A DNA stretch of 64,000 bases from a virus (taxonomy: Duplodnaviria > Caudoviricetes), in the IMG/VR virus record IMGVR_UViG_3300013947_000021, positions 157,228-221,227 of that record; one strand, written 5' to 3'. Shown here piece by piece: positions 9,539 through 20,819 of the stretch. Position 1 is the stretch's first letter. Each line of letters starts with the position of its first letter. Below the pieces are notes generated by a model, which ran no database searches, had not been told where the DNA came from, and saw only the letters and a list, made by a program, of their open reading frames with translations. Position numbers and translations under genes: made by a program.

Positions 9539-10354
9539 ATGGCAAATATGCCTATTGGATATATAATTCTTGAAGGTGCACCATCTGAAATTCCAGATGC
9601 CACTATAATAAAAGAATCTAATAAAAGAGTTATAGGAGAAGGAATTATTCAGACTGCAGAAGAAGAAAATAGAAATGGAAGATGTTATCTTCAGCCTGAT
9701 CTTTTAAGAGAAGTTCAGTGTGCAAGAACTAAAGAACTTCTTACTACAGGAAATATGCTTTCTGAGAATGGTCATCCTATGGATACATCTATGATTAGGC
9801 AGCAGACTATTGATCCTAATAATACTGTCGCTAGATTTCTTAAGATCTGGATGGATGGAAATAATGTAATGGCTCAATTTAAGGGAACTAATAATGCTAA
9901 GGGCGAAGAATTTGATCAGGATCTTAGGGAAGGCGTTCTTCCTAGCTGGTCTCTTAGAGCTCTTGGTTCTCTTGCAAATAAGGGTGGACGTAATGTAGTT
10001 GAAAATCTTAAGGTTATTACCTGGGATAGAGTTATTTATCCGTCTCATCCTCATGCTTATACTACTAGACTTGTAAGCGAGTCTGCTGGAATTCGTGATA
10101 ATTCTATTAATACTATGAATAAAAATGGTAAACTCATTCCTATTACAAATGAGTCTGTTGTTTCATATATTAAATCAGAATCTGGGAGAATTAAATCTCT
10201 TATTGAGCAGGTTGATTTTATGTATGAATCTACTGATATCGTAGATAATGGACGTAGAGTAAGACTTGTTGCTAAGAATGGTGATATCTTTATGATAAAT
10301 CTTGAAAATCATGTTGCTAATGAAATTGAAAAATATTGTCTGACTAGAAGATAA
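9539..10354 (+). CDS. Prohead core protease (T4 gp21-like)
   Basis: NRNGRCY, ENGHP, SLRALGS and DRVIYPS motifs. Confidence 0.88.
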   Translation: MANMPIGYIILEGAPSEIPDATIIKESNKRVIGEGIIQTAEEENRNGRCYLQPDLLREVQCARTKELLTTGNMLSENGHPMDTSMIRQQTIDPNNTVARFLKIWMDGNNVMAQFKGTNNAKGEEFDQDLREGVLPSWSLRALGSLANKGGRNVVENLKVITWDRVIYPSHPHAYTTRLVSESAGIRDNSINTMNKNGKLIPITNESVVSYIKSESGRIKSLIEQVDFMYESTDIVDNGRRVRLVAKNGDIFMINLENHVANEIEKYCLTRR

Positions 10355-10457
10355 ATAATACATGAATTAGGTAGAAGGGTTGTTCCCTTCTACCTAGCTT
10401 TTATTACGTCAACTTATAAATAAATATTAGATATATTGAAAGGAGGAAAATAATATT

Positions 10458-12671
10458 ATGCCTGTAATGTATAATAATGTAAATACTGGTGCACCGCAGC
10501 AGTTTAATATATATTATCATATGTCTACTAATAATAAGTCTTTTCTAGAAATGCATCAATTTCTAAAAGACCGTGGAATACAAAATAATAAATTTATGCT
10601 TGTTCTTCTAAACCCAGAACTTGCAAGAATAGATCCTAGGGATCCTAATCTTCCAATGCCTTATAGAGCTCTTGTATTAAGGGAATGCCTATCCAATCCT
10701 TGGTATTTCTTTAGAGAAATTATAAGGGTACCTCAGGAAGGTCAAACAGCAGGTGTACCTTTCCAATTAAATAGAGGAAACTTGGCACTTTTATTCTGTC
10801 TTATGCTCAATATGAATATATATCTTGAACTTCCTCGACAGACAGGTAAGACTATTGGAGCAGTTTGTTGGTATCTTTATTTGTATAACTTTGGAACTCA
10901 GAATTCTCAGATGTCTTTCTTAAATAAGAAGCTTGACGATGCTAAGCTTAACTTACAGCGTCTTAAGAATATAAGAGATCTTCTTCCTTCTTATTTAAAA
11001 ATGGATTCTGCTTATAGTGCAGATGGCACTAAGTTAAAGTCTAGAAGTAATGTCGAAAGTATGCAGCATGTCTTAAATAATAACAATATTAAGACCATGC
11101 CGTCTGCTAGATCTGCCAATGCAGCAGCCAGCCTTTTAAGAGGTCAGACTACGCCTATTATATACATGGATGAGTATGCCTTCATGCCATATAATAATAT
11201 CGTTTACTCTAACATGATTCCTGCATTTAATACTGCAGCGCAGAATGCTAAGCAAAATGGATCTCCTTATGGACTTCTTTTAACTTCTACCCCCGGATTC
11301 TTAACTACAGATGAAGGTAAAGCCGCATTTGATCTTAAGAATAGAGCTACTGTATTTAGTGAAAACTGGTATGATCTTCCTGTAAATGCAATTATGGATA
11401 TTATTCATACTAATACAAATTCTAATTTTGTATATATTAAATATACTTATCAGCAGCTTGGTAAATCTGAAGAATGGTTTAGAGATCTTTGTATTACTCT
11501 TAATAAGGATTGGGAAGCAATACGTCGAGAGATTCTTCTTGAATGGGCTCTTGCTAATACCAATTCTCCATTTAGTCCTGAAGATCTTGATACTATAAAG
11601 AGTTTATTAAGACAGCCTATAAATACAGTTCTTATAAATAATAAGTATGAATTAAGAATATATGAAAAAATAGATCTTAGATATCCGCCTATAATGGGAG
11701 TCGACGTCTCTGGTGGATATAGAAGAGACTCTTCTGCAATAACTATTATAGATTCTTATAGTACAAGGGTTACCGCAGAAATGAATAATAACTTTATATC
11801 TACCCCTGAATTAGCAATGGTTATATATAAAATAGTAACCGAATGGATTCCTAATGCAGTAGTAAATATAGAGCGAAATGGCGGATTCGGTGCATCTGTT
11901 ATTGCAAGATTACTTCAGACTTCTATAAGAAAGAATCTTTTCTATACAATAAAAGATAAAGTTGTAGAAGAAAGAGTTCTCGGATCTGCTATTCATAAAA
12001 CAACACAAAAAACAAAAGTTTATGGTTCAGATTCTACTAAAACTGAAAGAGAAACTCTTATGGAGATTCTCCGAGATAGAGTAGAATATCATAAAGACAA
12101 GATAGTATCTCCTATAATATATGAAGAACTTTCTGGTCTTGAAGTTAAAAAGGACGGTAGAATTGAGCATTCTAGTAATACTCATGACGACCAGGTATTC
12201 TCATGGCTCTGGGCTCTTTATGTATATTACTATGGTGGAGATTTAATGCGGAACTGGGGTATAACAAAACATGTTCTGCGTACTGATGCCGATCTTGAAG
12301 AAGCTGTTGTAGATATTGGAGAAGAACAGGAAGATGTTGTAGGAAGTATCGATACTGCAGATAATCCTGATATTCAATCACAGCTTGATGCTATGGATAG
12401 ATCTCCTGGTAAGAAATCTTATCAAGAATTTTCTAAAGAAGAAGAAGCTAAAGATAATGCATATTTAGCAAAAATTTTAGCAGATAAAAATATAAGAAAT
12501 ACATTAAATAGTAAATTTAAAGTTATGGCTTCTGAATATTCTAATAACGATGGAAGCTCTGTAACTAATATTCCTACAGATGTATTTATGAACTTTAATA
12601 AAGATGATAATGAAATAAATCAGTATTCAGTTTTACAAGGAAACTTGTCTAATTTATTTGGAGGTAAGTAA
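10458..12671 (+). CDS. terL: Terminase large subunit
   Basis: Walker A PRQTGKT, Walker B YMDEYAF, TSTP coupling motif, nuclease GVDVSGG, IERN and HDDQV. Confidence 0.95.
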   Translation: MPVMYNNVNTGAPQQFNIYYHMSTNNKSFLEMHQFLKDRGIQNNKFMLVLLNPELARIDPRDPNLPMPYRALVLRECLSNPWYFFREIIRVPQEGQTAGVPFQLNRGNLALLFCLMLNMNIYLELPRQTGKTIGAVCWYLYLYNFGTQNSQMSFLNKKLDDAKLNLQRLKNIRDLLPSYLKMDSAYSADGTKLKSRSNVESMQHVLNNNNIKTMPSARSANAAASLLRGQTTPIIYMDEYAFMPYNNIVYSNMIPAFNTAAQNAKQNGSPYGLLLTSTPGFLTTDEGKAAFDLKNRATVFSENWYDLPVNAIMDIIHTNTNSNFVYIKYTYQQLGKSEEWFRDLCITLNKDWEAIRREILLEWALANTNSPFSPEDLDTIKSLLRQPINTVLINNKYELRIYEKIDLRYPPIMGVDVSGGYRRDSSAITIIDSYSTRVTAEMNNNFISTPELAMVIYKIVTEWIPNAVVNIERNGGFGASVIARLLQTSIRKNLFYTIKDKVVEERVLGSAIHKTTQKTKVYGSDSTKTERETLMEILRDRVEYHKDKIVSPIIYEELSGLEVKKDGRIEHSSNTHDDQVFSWLWALYVYYYGGDLMRNWGITKHVLRTDADLEEAVVDIGEEQEDVVGSIDTADNPDIQSQLDAMDRSPGKKSYQEFSKEEEAKDNAYLAKILADKNIRNTLNSKFKVMASEYSNNDGSSVTNIPTDVFMNFNKDDNEINQYSVLQGNLSNLFGGK

Positions 12672-12672
12672 T

Positions 12673-13443
12673 ATGCCTATAGCAAATAAAATGAATAAAT
12701 TACTTGATAAAATAGAAAGACGTCTTGGAACTAGTCAGCTTAAACTCCCAGATTATCTTTCTAAAGATAAATGGGCTAGTGTAGTTATTTCTAATGAAAC
12801 TCTTGATACATTTAGCAGATATTTTCCTAATACATTAAAAATTAATCTCGATCTTTCTACTAGGCGAGTAGATGGATGGTATGTAATAGATGAATATGTA
12901 CCAGATGGAGTAGAAATACTTGGAGTTAGAGATATAGACTGGACTACATATAATGCAGATGCTTTTGCTTCTCAGCAAGCTGAAGGATATGGAGTTTATG
13001 GAATGCTTGTTAATAACTATGGATTAGATGATATTGCTCTTGCACAAATGAGAGCAGATATGCTTTCTCTTTACAATAATAATATCTTTGTAGATTTTAA
13101 AGCTCCTAATCTTGTAAAAGTAAACTCTGTATCTAGAAATGATATGGTTAAGTTTTCTGGTTCTATACCGATTGAATTACTTATTAAGCATGCTGATAAT
13201 CTTATGACAATTCCTGCAACTATGATGGAGATATTTGAAGATCTTGCTCAAGCAGATGTAGCTACATTCTTATATCAGGAACTTAAATATTATGATGGTC
13301 TTGAAACAGTATATGCAAATATTGATCTTAGACTCAATGATCTTGCAGATGCTGCAAGTAAGAGATCTGATATTGTAAGTCAGCTTGAAGATTCTTATGT
13401 TTCTGCTGCTAATAAAAATCAGCCAATTATGTTTACAGTATAA
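12673..13443 (+). CDS. Probable virion structural (neck/head completion-like) protein
   Basis: Coupled to terminase, GGAGGT RBS before ATG 12673; function inferred from context only. Confidence 0.5.
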   Translation: MPIANKMNKLLDKIERRLGTSQLKLPDYLSKDKWASVVISNETLDTFSRYFPNTLKINLDLSTRRVDGWYVIDEYVPDGVEILGVRDIDWTTYNADAFASQQAEGYGVYGMLVNNYGLDDIALAQMRADMLSLYNNNIFVDFKAPNLVKVNSVSRNDMVKFSGSIPIELLIKHADNLMTIPATMMEIFEDLAQADVATFLYQELKYYDGLETVYANIDLRLNDLADAASKRSDIVSQLEDSYVSAANKNQPIMFTV

Positions 13444-13449
13444 AAAATA

Positions 13450-13478
13450 AAGAGAAGAGCAAAATGCTCTTCTCCTTT
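13450..13478. terminator. Bidirectional terminator
   Basis: GAGAAGAGCA/TGCTCTTCTC stem flanked by A and T runs. Confidence 0.8.
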
Positions 13479-13488
13479 TTCTTTCCTA

Positions 13489-13914
13489 TTAAAACCCCAT
13501 ATAATCTATATTTTTATTAAAGAAATGCTCTCTAATAATATGAGAAACAGCACATAATTTCTTTAAATAATATTTCTGATCAAGATGAATAGCTAAATGA
13601 TTTTTACCATCTTTAGATATGTCTCTAGCTACATCTATATATTTAAATATGTATTTAATGAAATATTTAAATTCTTTTTCTGTAAAACTATCATATTTAT
13701 CACTAGTTTCAAATAAAGATGAAGTTTCATATCTTTGATTTATTTTTTCAACCTTTAATGAATCAAATTCAGTATATCTTTTAAAAAGAAGTTTATTATA
13801 AACATCTTGTGGAAGATCAGTAAGGAATAAATATAATTCATTATTTTTATCTATATAAAAATAATAATTTATATCAAAACTGTCCATTTCTTTAACAAAC
13901 TGCTGAATTATCAT
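13489..13914 (-). CDS. Hypothetical protein
   Basis: 141 aa ORF with RBS. Confidence 0.65.
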   Translation of the reverse strand: MIIQQFVKEMDSFDINYYFYIDKNNELYLFLTDLPQDVYNKLLFKRYTEFDSLKVEKINQRYETSSLFETSDKYDSFTEKEFKYFIKYIFKYIDVARDISKDGKNHLAIHLDQKYYLKKLCAVSHIIREHFFNKNIDYMGF

Positions 13915-13934
13915 AATTGATTTCTCCCTTTAAT

Positions 13935-14723
13935 TTATAAATATAATTGTAGATTATGTATAAGGTTAAATAAGTTCTCAGGGTTAGGTGATGGAAGCAA
14001 TCTATAACAAATAACAATTTTCTCTTTATTTTTTATTACATCAGAAAATTCTTCTTTGCTCATTTTAAGTATATCGCTCTTTACCATCTTTTTAATAAAT
14101 TTAAGATGTTTCTTTACATCAATATTCATATATAGCCATTCGCATTTACAATTTATTATTGGATTCATTATATTTTCTGCATTAACTTTATTATCGTGCA
14201 AAAGCATAGTTAAAAATTGATATTCACTATACCAAGCATTAGAAAATATATTTTCTACAGGTTTTCTTTTTCCAGATGCTATATCTTTTATGATCATATT
14301 CTTTATAATCTTCATATCTATAGAAATTAATTGATATGTGATATCTGGATATGGAGCGAGGGTTAAATCTAATAGATAACTAAAAAGTTCATTACAAAAA
14401 TTCTCAGTTCTTATATAATTTGCATATATAGGAATAGCAAACTGATATAGAGCATGATTCTTTTCACATTCATCTTTTAATTCATCTTTAAAATCTCTCG
14501 TTTCAGTTTCAAGAGGTATATCTGATATATTAATATTTTGAAATTGCTCTTCAATATTATCAAATGATATTCCATCAGGATCAAATGGTTCTGATGGTTT
14601 ATTCATGCTAAAGATTTGTTTCATTATAGCATTCTTTGATATATAAAGTAATGCATCATTATACTCTTCTTTATTCATGACAATATCTTTATCAAATAAA
14701 GGAATAAAATAATTATCATTCAT
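13935..14723 (-). CDS. Hypothetical protein
   Basis: 262 aa ORF in operon. Confidence 0.65.
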   Translation of the reverse strand: MNDNYFIPLFDKDIVMNKEEYNDALLYISKNAIMKQIFSMNKPSEPFDPDGISFDNIEEQFQNINISDIPLETETRDFKDELKDECEKNHALYQFAIPIYANYIRTENFCNELFSYLLDLTLAPYPDITYQLISIDMKIIKNMIIKDIASGKRKPVENIFSNAWYSEYQFLTMLLHDNKVNAENIMNPIINCKCEWLYMNIDVKKHLKFIKKMVKSDILKMSKEEFSDVIKNKEKIVICYRLLPSPNPENLFNLIHNLQLYL

Positions 14724-14725
14724 TT

Positions 14726-15481
14726 TTATTTTTCAAGGTCTTCTATATTATTAGAATTACTACCTTTAATAAACCGTCCTTCTATTGAATTTGATTTCTC
14801 TTCAGGTACTTCTTTAAATGTCCTTCCAGTTGCTAATACAACTTTATTTGTTCCAGGTTCTGGTCTCCCAACATAATTTAGCATATTACTTGCGGATAAA
14901 TACATATTAAAAGACATTATTGAATAATAGAGTCCCATAATTCTATCAAGATTCATATCACAATAATTATCAGGACTTGATAAATACATTCTTACTCCAG
15001 GTTCTTTGTCTGCATTAGCAATTCCTCTGTCTATTATATATGGAACAAACTCTATATATTTTCCCATAGGTAATCGCTTTATTTTACATTCTGGAGTAGG
15101 AGTAGTTATTATTAATTTTCCATTATAAGTTGCAAAAAGATTGCTATACTTTGGGCTATTAAACCACTCTATTATTTTTTCTAAATTATTCTTTATAAGA
15201 AAATATTCACTTGGACCTATTCTAATAAATGCTTTTTCTGATCCATTAGTAGGTTTAACTATATTTTCTATAGATAAATAATAATCAAAATTTCTTCTTA
15301 TTGTTGTTAATGATTTTATATTCTCTAATCCTTCTACAGGATATTCGAATTCATTATAATAAAGATTTCGTTTACCTCCAACTACTTTGGCAAATCCTGT
15401 GTTAAATTTTAATACAGCATTATTACCAATGATATATACGATATCAGACATCTTATCTATATTATCAATTGGATTACTCAT
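14726..15481 (-). CDS. Hypothetical protein
   Basis: 251 aa ORF, AACT-N6-TAA promoter at 15513-15525. Confidence 0.7.
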   Translation of the reverse strand: MSNPIDNIDKMSDIVYIIGNNAVLKFNTGFAKVVGGKRNLYYNEFEYPVEGLENIKSLTTIRRNFDYYLSIENIVKPTNGSEKAFIRIGPSEYFLIKNNLEKIIEWFNSPKYSNLFATYNGKLIITTPTPECKIKRLPMGKYIEFVPYIIDRGIANADKEPGVRMYLSSPDNYCDMNLDRIMGLYYSIMSFNMYLSASNMLNYVGRPEPGTNKVVLATGRTFKEVPEEKSNSIEGRFIKGSNSNNIEDLEK

Positions 15482-15595
15482 TATTTTTTGCTATAGCCTT
15501 TCTCGATTTTTGTTACTTTTAAGTTTTCAAATTTATAAAAAATAATAAAGTAACCCAGATACCTGTAAATAGGTATCTGGGAAACTATTATCTTT

Positions 15596-16975
15596 TTACA
15601 AAGCTGTTACTTCACAAGTTCCATCAGACTTGAATTTGATGGAATATCTCTTTATAATTCCCTGATTAGGAATTCCAAAGAAACATGTTCCATTATCCAT
15701 AGTCAGATCAAATTCACGAGTTGCTGCATTAACAGAAGTTATTCTGAATCTAAATGCAGCTCCTCTATTATTGTTTAATACATCTGCAAATGTAGGTGTA
15801 TTAAAATAAGCATTCTCAAGACGAGATGTTATCTCATGCTTGAGATCACTTGGGCAATTACCAATTGTAGAAAGATCTACAATTGTATTTAATTCCTTCA
15901 AACGAGAATCATACATTTCTCGTTTACGAATTGAATTTAATCCTCCTGTAAAGATAGATTCAATTAACTGTCGATCAAGAACCTTTTTCTTACTATTAGG
16001 ATCCTTGGTCTTGATCTCATATATGGGCATCATTTCATAACAAGTATTACCCATATTAATACCTGCTATAAGCTTGCGACGTCGATCAATAATGCAACCC
16101 GTATCAATCGTAAAGGATTTATCCGGAACCATTACATTGTTATTATTCAGTGTTATAATCTCTATCATACCTGTTGGTATATTAGAGTTAGGCCAGCACT
16201 GAGTTCTAACTTCTATTCTATAGCCACGAGAATTTGCTATCTTCTCAATTTCTGCTATAAAATCTAGATCGGAGTTATTTTCTGCAACCTTTGTTGCAGA
16301 CTGCGTGGTTGTATTTGTACTAAAAGTAATATCACCACCCTTAGGTCCAAATGCATTCTTTACCATATTAAAAATATCCTTTTGAGTATAATTCTTCTTT
16401 CTACCCTCAGGATTCTTTTCTATGATGCTACTGATGTTTTCCTTAATAAGATCTGTATCAGTATCACTTGTAGCCTTATCGGCTTTTGCTTTAGGATCAG
16501 GCTTCTTCTTTACAGGAGAAGTTGCTGCTGGGTCATTCTTCAGCCATCCATCACCAGCAGGATTTTCTGTAGCAGCAGTCTGAGTCTGGGCTTGCTGTTG
16601 AGTGGTTTTCGGTTCCTCTTTAACTATAGGAGCCTGGTCAGATGTAACATCATTTTCATGATGTACAGTAGTTTCATTGCTATAAATAGCAATGGTTTCA
16701 GCACTTGATTCTGTACCTTTGAAAGTAGAATCTGTATTCTCTGTCTTTACAGGTTCTACCTTAGAATCAGAAGCAACTTTAACCTCTTCATATATAGGGG
16801 TTGCTTCTTCTTTGACTTCCTCAGATGTAACATTTTCATCAGTCCGATTAGTATCATCGATGATTTTTGTATTTTCATCAGCAGATACCACCTTATCATA
16901 CTCCTTCTTAATCTTACGACCATAATATGCAATCTGCATATCAAGTATCGCATCCCGAATAAGTTCTCCAATCAT
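15596..16975 (-). CDS. Hypothetical probable early protein with disordered N-terminal half
   Basis: 459 aa, TATATTAT motif at 17038-17045, leader hairpin, AAGGAGAAAT RBS, own terminator near 15553-15582. Confidence 0.7.
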   Translation of the reverse strand: MIGELIRDAILDMQIAYYGRKIKKEYDKVVSADENTKIIDDTNRTDENVTSEEVKEEATPIYEEVKVASDSKVEPVKTENTDSTFKGTESSAETIAIYSNETTVHHENDVTSDQAPIVKEEPKTTQQQAQTQTAATENPAGDGWLKNDPAATSPVKKKPDPKAKADKATSDTDTDLIKENISSIIEKNPEGRKKNYTQKDIFNMVKNAFGPKGGDITFSTNTTTQSATKVAENNSDLDFIAEIEKIANSRGYRIEVRTQCWPNSNIPTGMIEIITLNNNNVMVPDKSFTIDTGCIIDRRRKLIAGINMGNTCYEMMPIYEIKTKDPNSKKKVLDRQLIESIFTGGLNSIRKREMYDSRLKELNTIVDLSTIGNCPSDLKHEITSRLENAYFNTPTFADVLNNNRGAAFRFRITSVNAATREFDLTMDNGTCFFGIPNQGIIKRYSIKFKSDGTCEVTAL

Positions 16976-17048
16976 TTTTTTATTTCTCCTTTTAAATTAA
17001 ATATATTTTATGAATCAAATATGTTTGATTCATAATAATAATATATAT

Positions 17049-18578
17049 TTATGAATTTATTTCATATTGATTCATAAATATCATAGGCTGAATTAATTTA
17101 GCCCTTGCATTCTCAACTTCAGATAATTTACTATCCAATGTATTAGCATTCATATTAACCTCAACACATTTGGTTGCATATTTACTAAAGACTGGCTTTT
17201 TATATTCATAAAATTTTCTAGTATAATAGAATCCATCATCTACTATATCTTTATAAATAGTATTAACGTCTCTGGTACGGCCAAATGTTTGTTGAGCTAA
17301 TACTCTACTCTTGAAGGGTTCAGCTAAATTAACTGTTTCAGTTAATCCTTTAATATCCATTGCTGCTCCAGCAGATTTAGTTGTAGTAAGAATTATCTTC
17401 TTGCTTAATTGCTCTGCTTTAAGCTCTGATGGAATTATACTTGTATAAATACCAACTTGATTTATTAACTCTGGGAAGTTTTCATAAATCCATTTCTGTA
17501 CTTCAAGTATAGCTTCATTGGTTCCTATATAAAATAGACTCTTACCAGGTTTACGAATTGCTGCATCTACCAAGATATATAGAAGTTTTAAGAAATTTTC
17601 ATTATGAATTAAATAATCAGTATATTTAATTCTATTCAATCCATAATTATTCTTACATTCTGTAGCTTCTACAGGACTTGGCATACTGTTAAATCTAATA
17701 GCAGCATACTTTGTATGAGGATCTTCATTTCGATTAAATAAATCTATAGATGGTACATTCTTAAAGTACAATCTATAAATATTATTTTCAGCCATATCAG
17801 ATCTTCCAGGTGTTGCTGTAAGATAATAAGTCAAATAAGTATTACTATAGCAATCTATTTGAAACATATTATCAAAATTTAAATGAGCTTCATCATAGAA
17901 TTTGATTCCTATATTACAATATTTAAAGAAATCAGATACTGTTTCCCAACCTTTGCTATCTCCAATACTTCTTAATGTAGAATGTGTAGAAAGAATAACT
18001 TTATATTTTGATACATCTCGATTCATTAATTTCATAAATGATGGAGCACCACTTATCAAATATATTTCATCCGCAGATATATCAGTATATTCTATAAAGA
18101 ACTTCTTCCACTGTTCTAGCCATCCCACACTATCAGTAATTACAATAGGTCTTAATTGTAAAAATGCTGTTGTAGCTATAGCGCAATATGTCTTACCTTT
18201 ACCAGTATTTAAATTCACACATAGCATTGGATAATGCTTATTATATGAATACTTACCAGAAGATATCATAAACCGTATAGCTTCAGATTGTGTTTCATCT
18301 CTAGGTTTATACTTAAGATTAATTTGTCCTATAGATTTATATGGGTCTACATCATAATCGATTACCGGATCAGAGGAAAATACTCGTGAAAGAAAATCAA
18401 GATCTATACCTCTAGGAAGGTATAGAATTTTCTTTTCTTTATCATATATCATCCCTTTTGGAAATCTTTTATGATAAGTCATATCATAAATAGAAAATGT
18501 CTTCTCAATTGTAGGTGCATCTCCTAGATTATAATCATATATTTCTATATGAGTTCGGTATGCAACTATTTTATTCAT
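17049..18578 (-). CDS. uvsW: SF2 DEAH helicase (UvsW-like)
   Basis: Q motif PRDETQ, NTGKGKT, DEAH, TATPGR, QTFGRTR. Confidence 0.88.
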   Translation of the reverse strand: MNKIVAYRTHIEIYDYNLGDAPTIEKTFSIYDMTYHKRFPKGMIYDKEKKILYLPRGIDLDFLSRVFSSDPVIDYDVDPYKSIGQINLKYKPRDETQSEAIRFMISSGKYSYNKHYPMLCVNLNTGKGKTYCAIATTAFLQLRPIVITDSVGWLEQWKKFFIEYTDISADEIYLISGAPSFMKLMNRDVSKYKVILSTHSTLRSIGDSKGWETVSDFFKYCNIGIKFYDEAHLNFDNMFQIDCYSNTYLTYYLTATPGRSDMAENNIYRLYFKNVPSIDLFNRNEDPHTKYAAIRFNSMPSPVEATECKNNYGLNRIKYTDYLIHNENFLKLLYILVDAAIRKPGKSLFYIGTNEAILEVQKWIYENFPELINQVGIYTSIIPSELKAEQLSKKIILTTTKSAGAAMDIKGLTETVNLAEPFKSRVLAQQTFGRTRDVNTIYKDIVDDGFYYTRKFYEYKKPVFSKYATKCVEVNMNANTLDSKLSEVENARAKLIQPMIFMNQYEINS

Positions 18579-18604
18579 ATTTTTATACTCCTTATATTAA
18601 TTCG

Positions 18605-18767
18605 AAAAAATAAAAGCCTATATATACTCTCTATATAAGTTGACTAAGCTTATATAGAAAGGTATATATAGGGTTGGAAGAAAATCAGACCGGAGAAATA
18701 TTTTAAGAAGGTCTGATTTTGTCGAAAATAAATTTGAGCAAATAATCTAATCTTTTTATTTACTCAT
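18605..18767 (-). ncRNA. Three-hairpin structured RNA / extended terminator downstream of the polymerase gene
   Basis: Stems at about 18617-18672, 18681-18720 and 18735-18766, ending in a U-tract on the minus strand. Confidence 0.45.
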
Positions 18768-18806
18768 ACTAATATTATATAATCAAAATATCAATTATTT
18801 CGATTA

Positions 18807-20467
18807 TTAGAAATGAATAATATTAGTTGTATTATTTGTATCAGAACCTCGTTTAACACCAATAGATTCAATAGGAAATCCTTTTACACTATCATTAACA
18901 ATTTCTGCTACTGAAACAAATGGTATTACCCATTTCGGAACAGGTTCTGCTATTGGAATTGCAATGGCATCTATTCCATCTGAATATTGTTTAGTTTTTA
19001 ATAATGCTATTGCTTTATTATATACTTCTGGAAATGTATCTCTGATCTTATCTATATTCTTAGAATTTATATCAACTTTTACAATGTCTATAGGATTTCT
19101 AGTTGTAAGATCAAGAGCTTCAGTTCCTTCTTCATGAAGCGCATTATATGCATATGATGCTACTATACCTTGAATACGCATAGGATTCTCATATGTGGAT
19201 ACTGCTTTCACTTGTGCAGGTTTATAATATTTCTTTTCTCCAGCATTTATAGAATCAAATATTTCTTGTTCTACTTTATTAATATCCTTTAATACTCTTA
19301 CTATATCAATAGATTCAGAATCAAGAATATCATCATAAAGTATTTTCTTTAAATGCTCTTGTGTTGTAGGATTACTTGTAGACTTAACAAATGCATCCAT
19401 TCCTTTTATATCAAGAGACTTCTCTTCAGGAACTATATGTCCTTCCTGAAGCTCTATCTTAGATGCATAATGTTTCTTTGCATCCGTTATAAGCAATCTC
19501 TTAAATAGAAATTCTGTTTTTAAACTCATCAAACATGGATTGGTATTATTTTTATTTGTATTAGAATTAGCACAATATACTTGCATATATGAGTTTACCA
19601 ATGAACTCATACAATACGTAAATACATTGATAATAGAATATCTTAATCCATCCTGAGGAGTTATAATCATAGGATTAATTTCTCTATCAGCTTCCATCTC
19701 TTCATCATAAGCTTCAGGATTATTAGGATCAAGTTCATTTACTTTAAGATCAGATACTTTAGATTTCATTGTGTCTACATCAGTTACCATTTTCTTTATC
19801 TTCATTGGTATACCTGCGCACATATTTCTTACGTATCTATACAATCCATCATAACAAACTATAGCACTATCAGTATCCTGAATAATACTTACTTTTCTTA
19901 TAAGAGATTTCATCTTTGCTACTCTATTTACAATTTGTTTATCATAATAAACAAATTCTTTTAATAAATCCCTAAGTTCATTAATCTCCTTCTTTATCTT
20001 TTCCGGAGGTTCATTAGGATCCATAAAAGGTTCATCTAATAATTGAAGAATGTAAATAGTAATATCTTGAACAGGCTTATTATCTATAAAATTATAAAGA
20101 TTATTTTTATAGAATAATCTATCAAGATCATCTTGAGGAAGTTTCTCAAGTATTTCCCAAATAATATTCATTTCCTGTTCGGATGGTACCCATCCAAATC
20201 CGGTAGAATGAAGTATCTGGAAAAATGTTTCTTCTATAGATGCATGATTTGTAATTACTTCATAATTTCTATAATATCTCTTTTCGTTAATTACATTATA
20301 AATGAATTCTATAACTTCTTCCATAGATGACATAGGTACATTATTTGCAAGGAAATTCTCAAAGAATAATGCTGCAGATGAAATTGCAGACTGTCCTTGA
20401 GTAGTTATTGCGCTTGCAACATGTACATTATAAAACATGGAAGAATACTGACCGCAAACGCCATAAA
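18807..20467 (-). CDS. polB: Family B DNA polymerase catalytic subunit, exon 2
   Basis: YG of motif B, QDTDS motif C, KKHY and LDIKG; in frame with exon 1 after splicing. Confidence 0.92.
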
Positions 20468-20819
20468 CAAATATGCGATCTGATTTTGTTCACATAGTTC
20501 GCTACTCTATGCAGTTCTTTTATGAACTTCTCTAGTATTTCTCTAGACGATCAGACTATATCTTTACCATTTTACAGGAATGAGTACAGGACTTAGCATT
20601 TTAAGCCTCTTAGTCGTTGAACCTTCTTAGAACTTTTTCTAAGATCGGCTGCTGATTATACATTCTTATCTACTTAGGGTTGCCCCATATAGAATCTCTT
20701 TTGTTGTTTCTGACTTTCGTCCCCATATATAATTTATGGTAAAAGAGCTTTAGCACTTCCCAGCAATTCTCACATTTTAATCGACATTCTTTCGAATGAA
20801 GTGGGCTCTATGGCATTTA
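20468..20819 (-). ncRNA. Group I self-splicing intron, 352 nt, no homing endonuclease
   Basis: Core elements AAUUGCUGGGAA, AAUCAGCAGCC, GUUCAACGACUA and AAGAUAUAGUC; P1 UGGGU/GCCCA; P10 GCCAUAGA/UUUAUGGC; terminal G; splicing restores KIDANGFYG. Confidence 0.95.
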
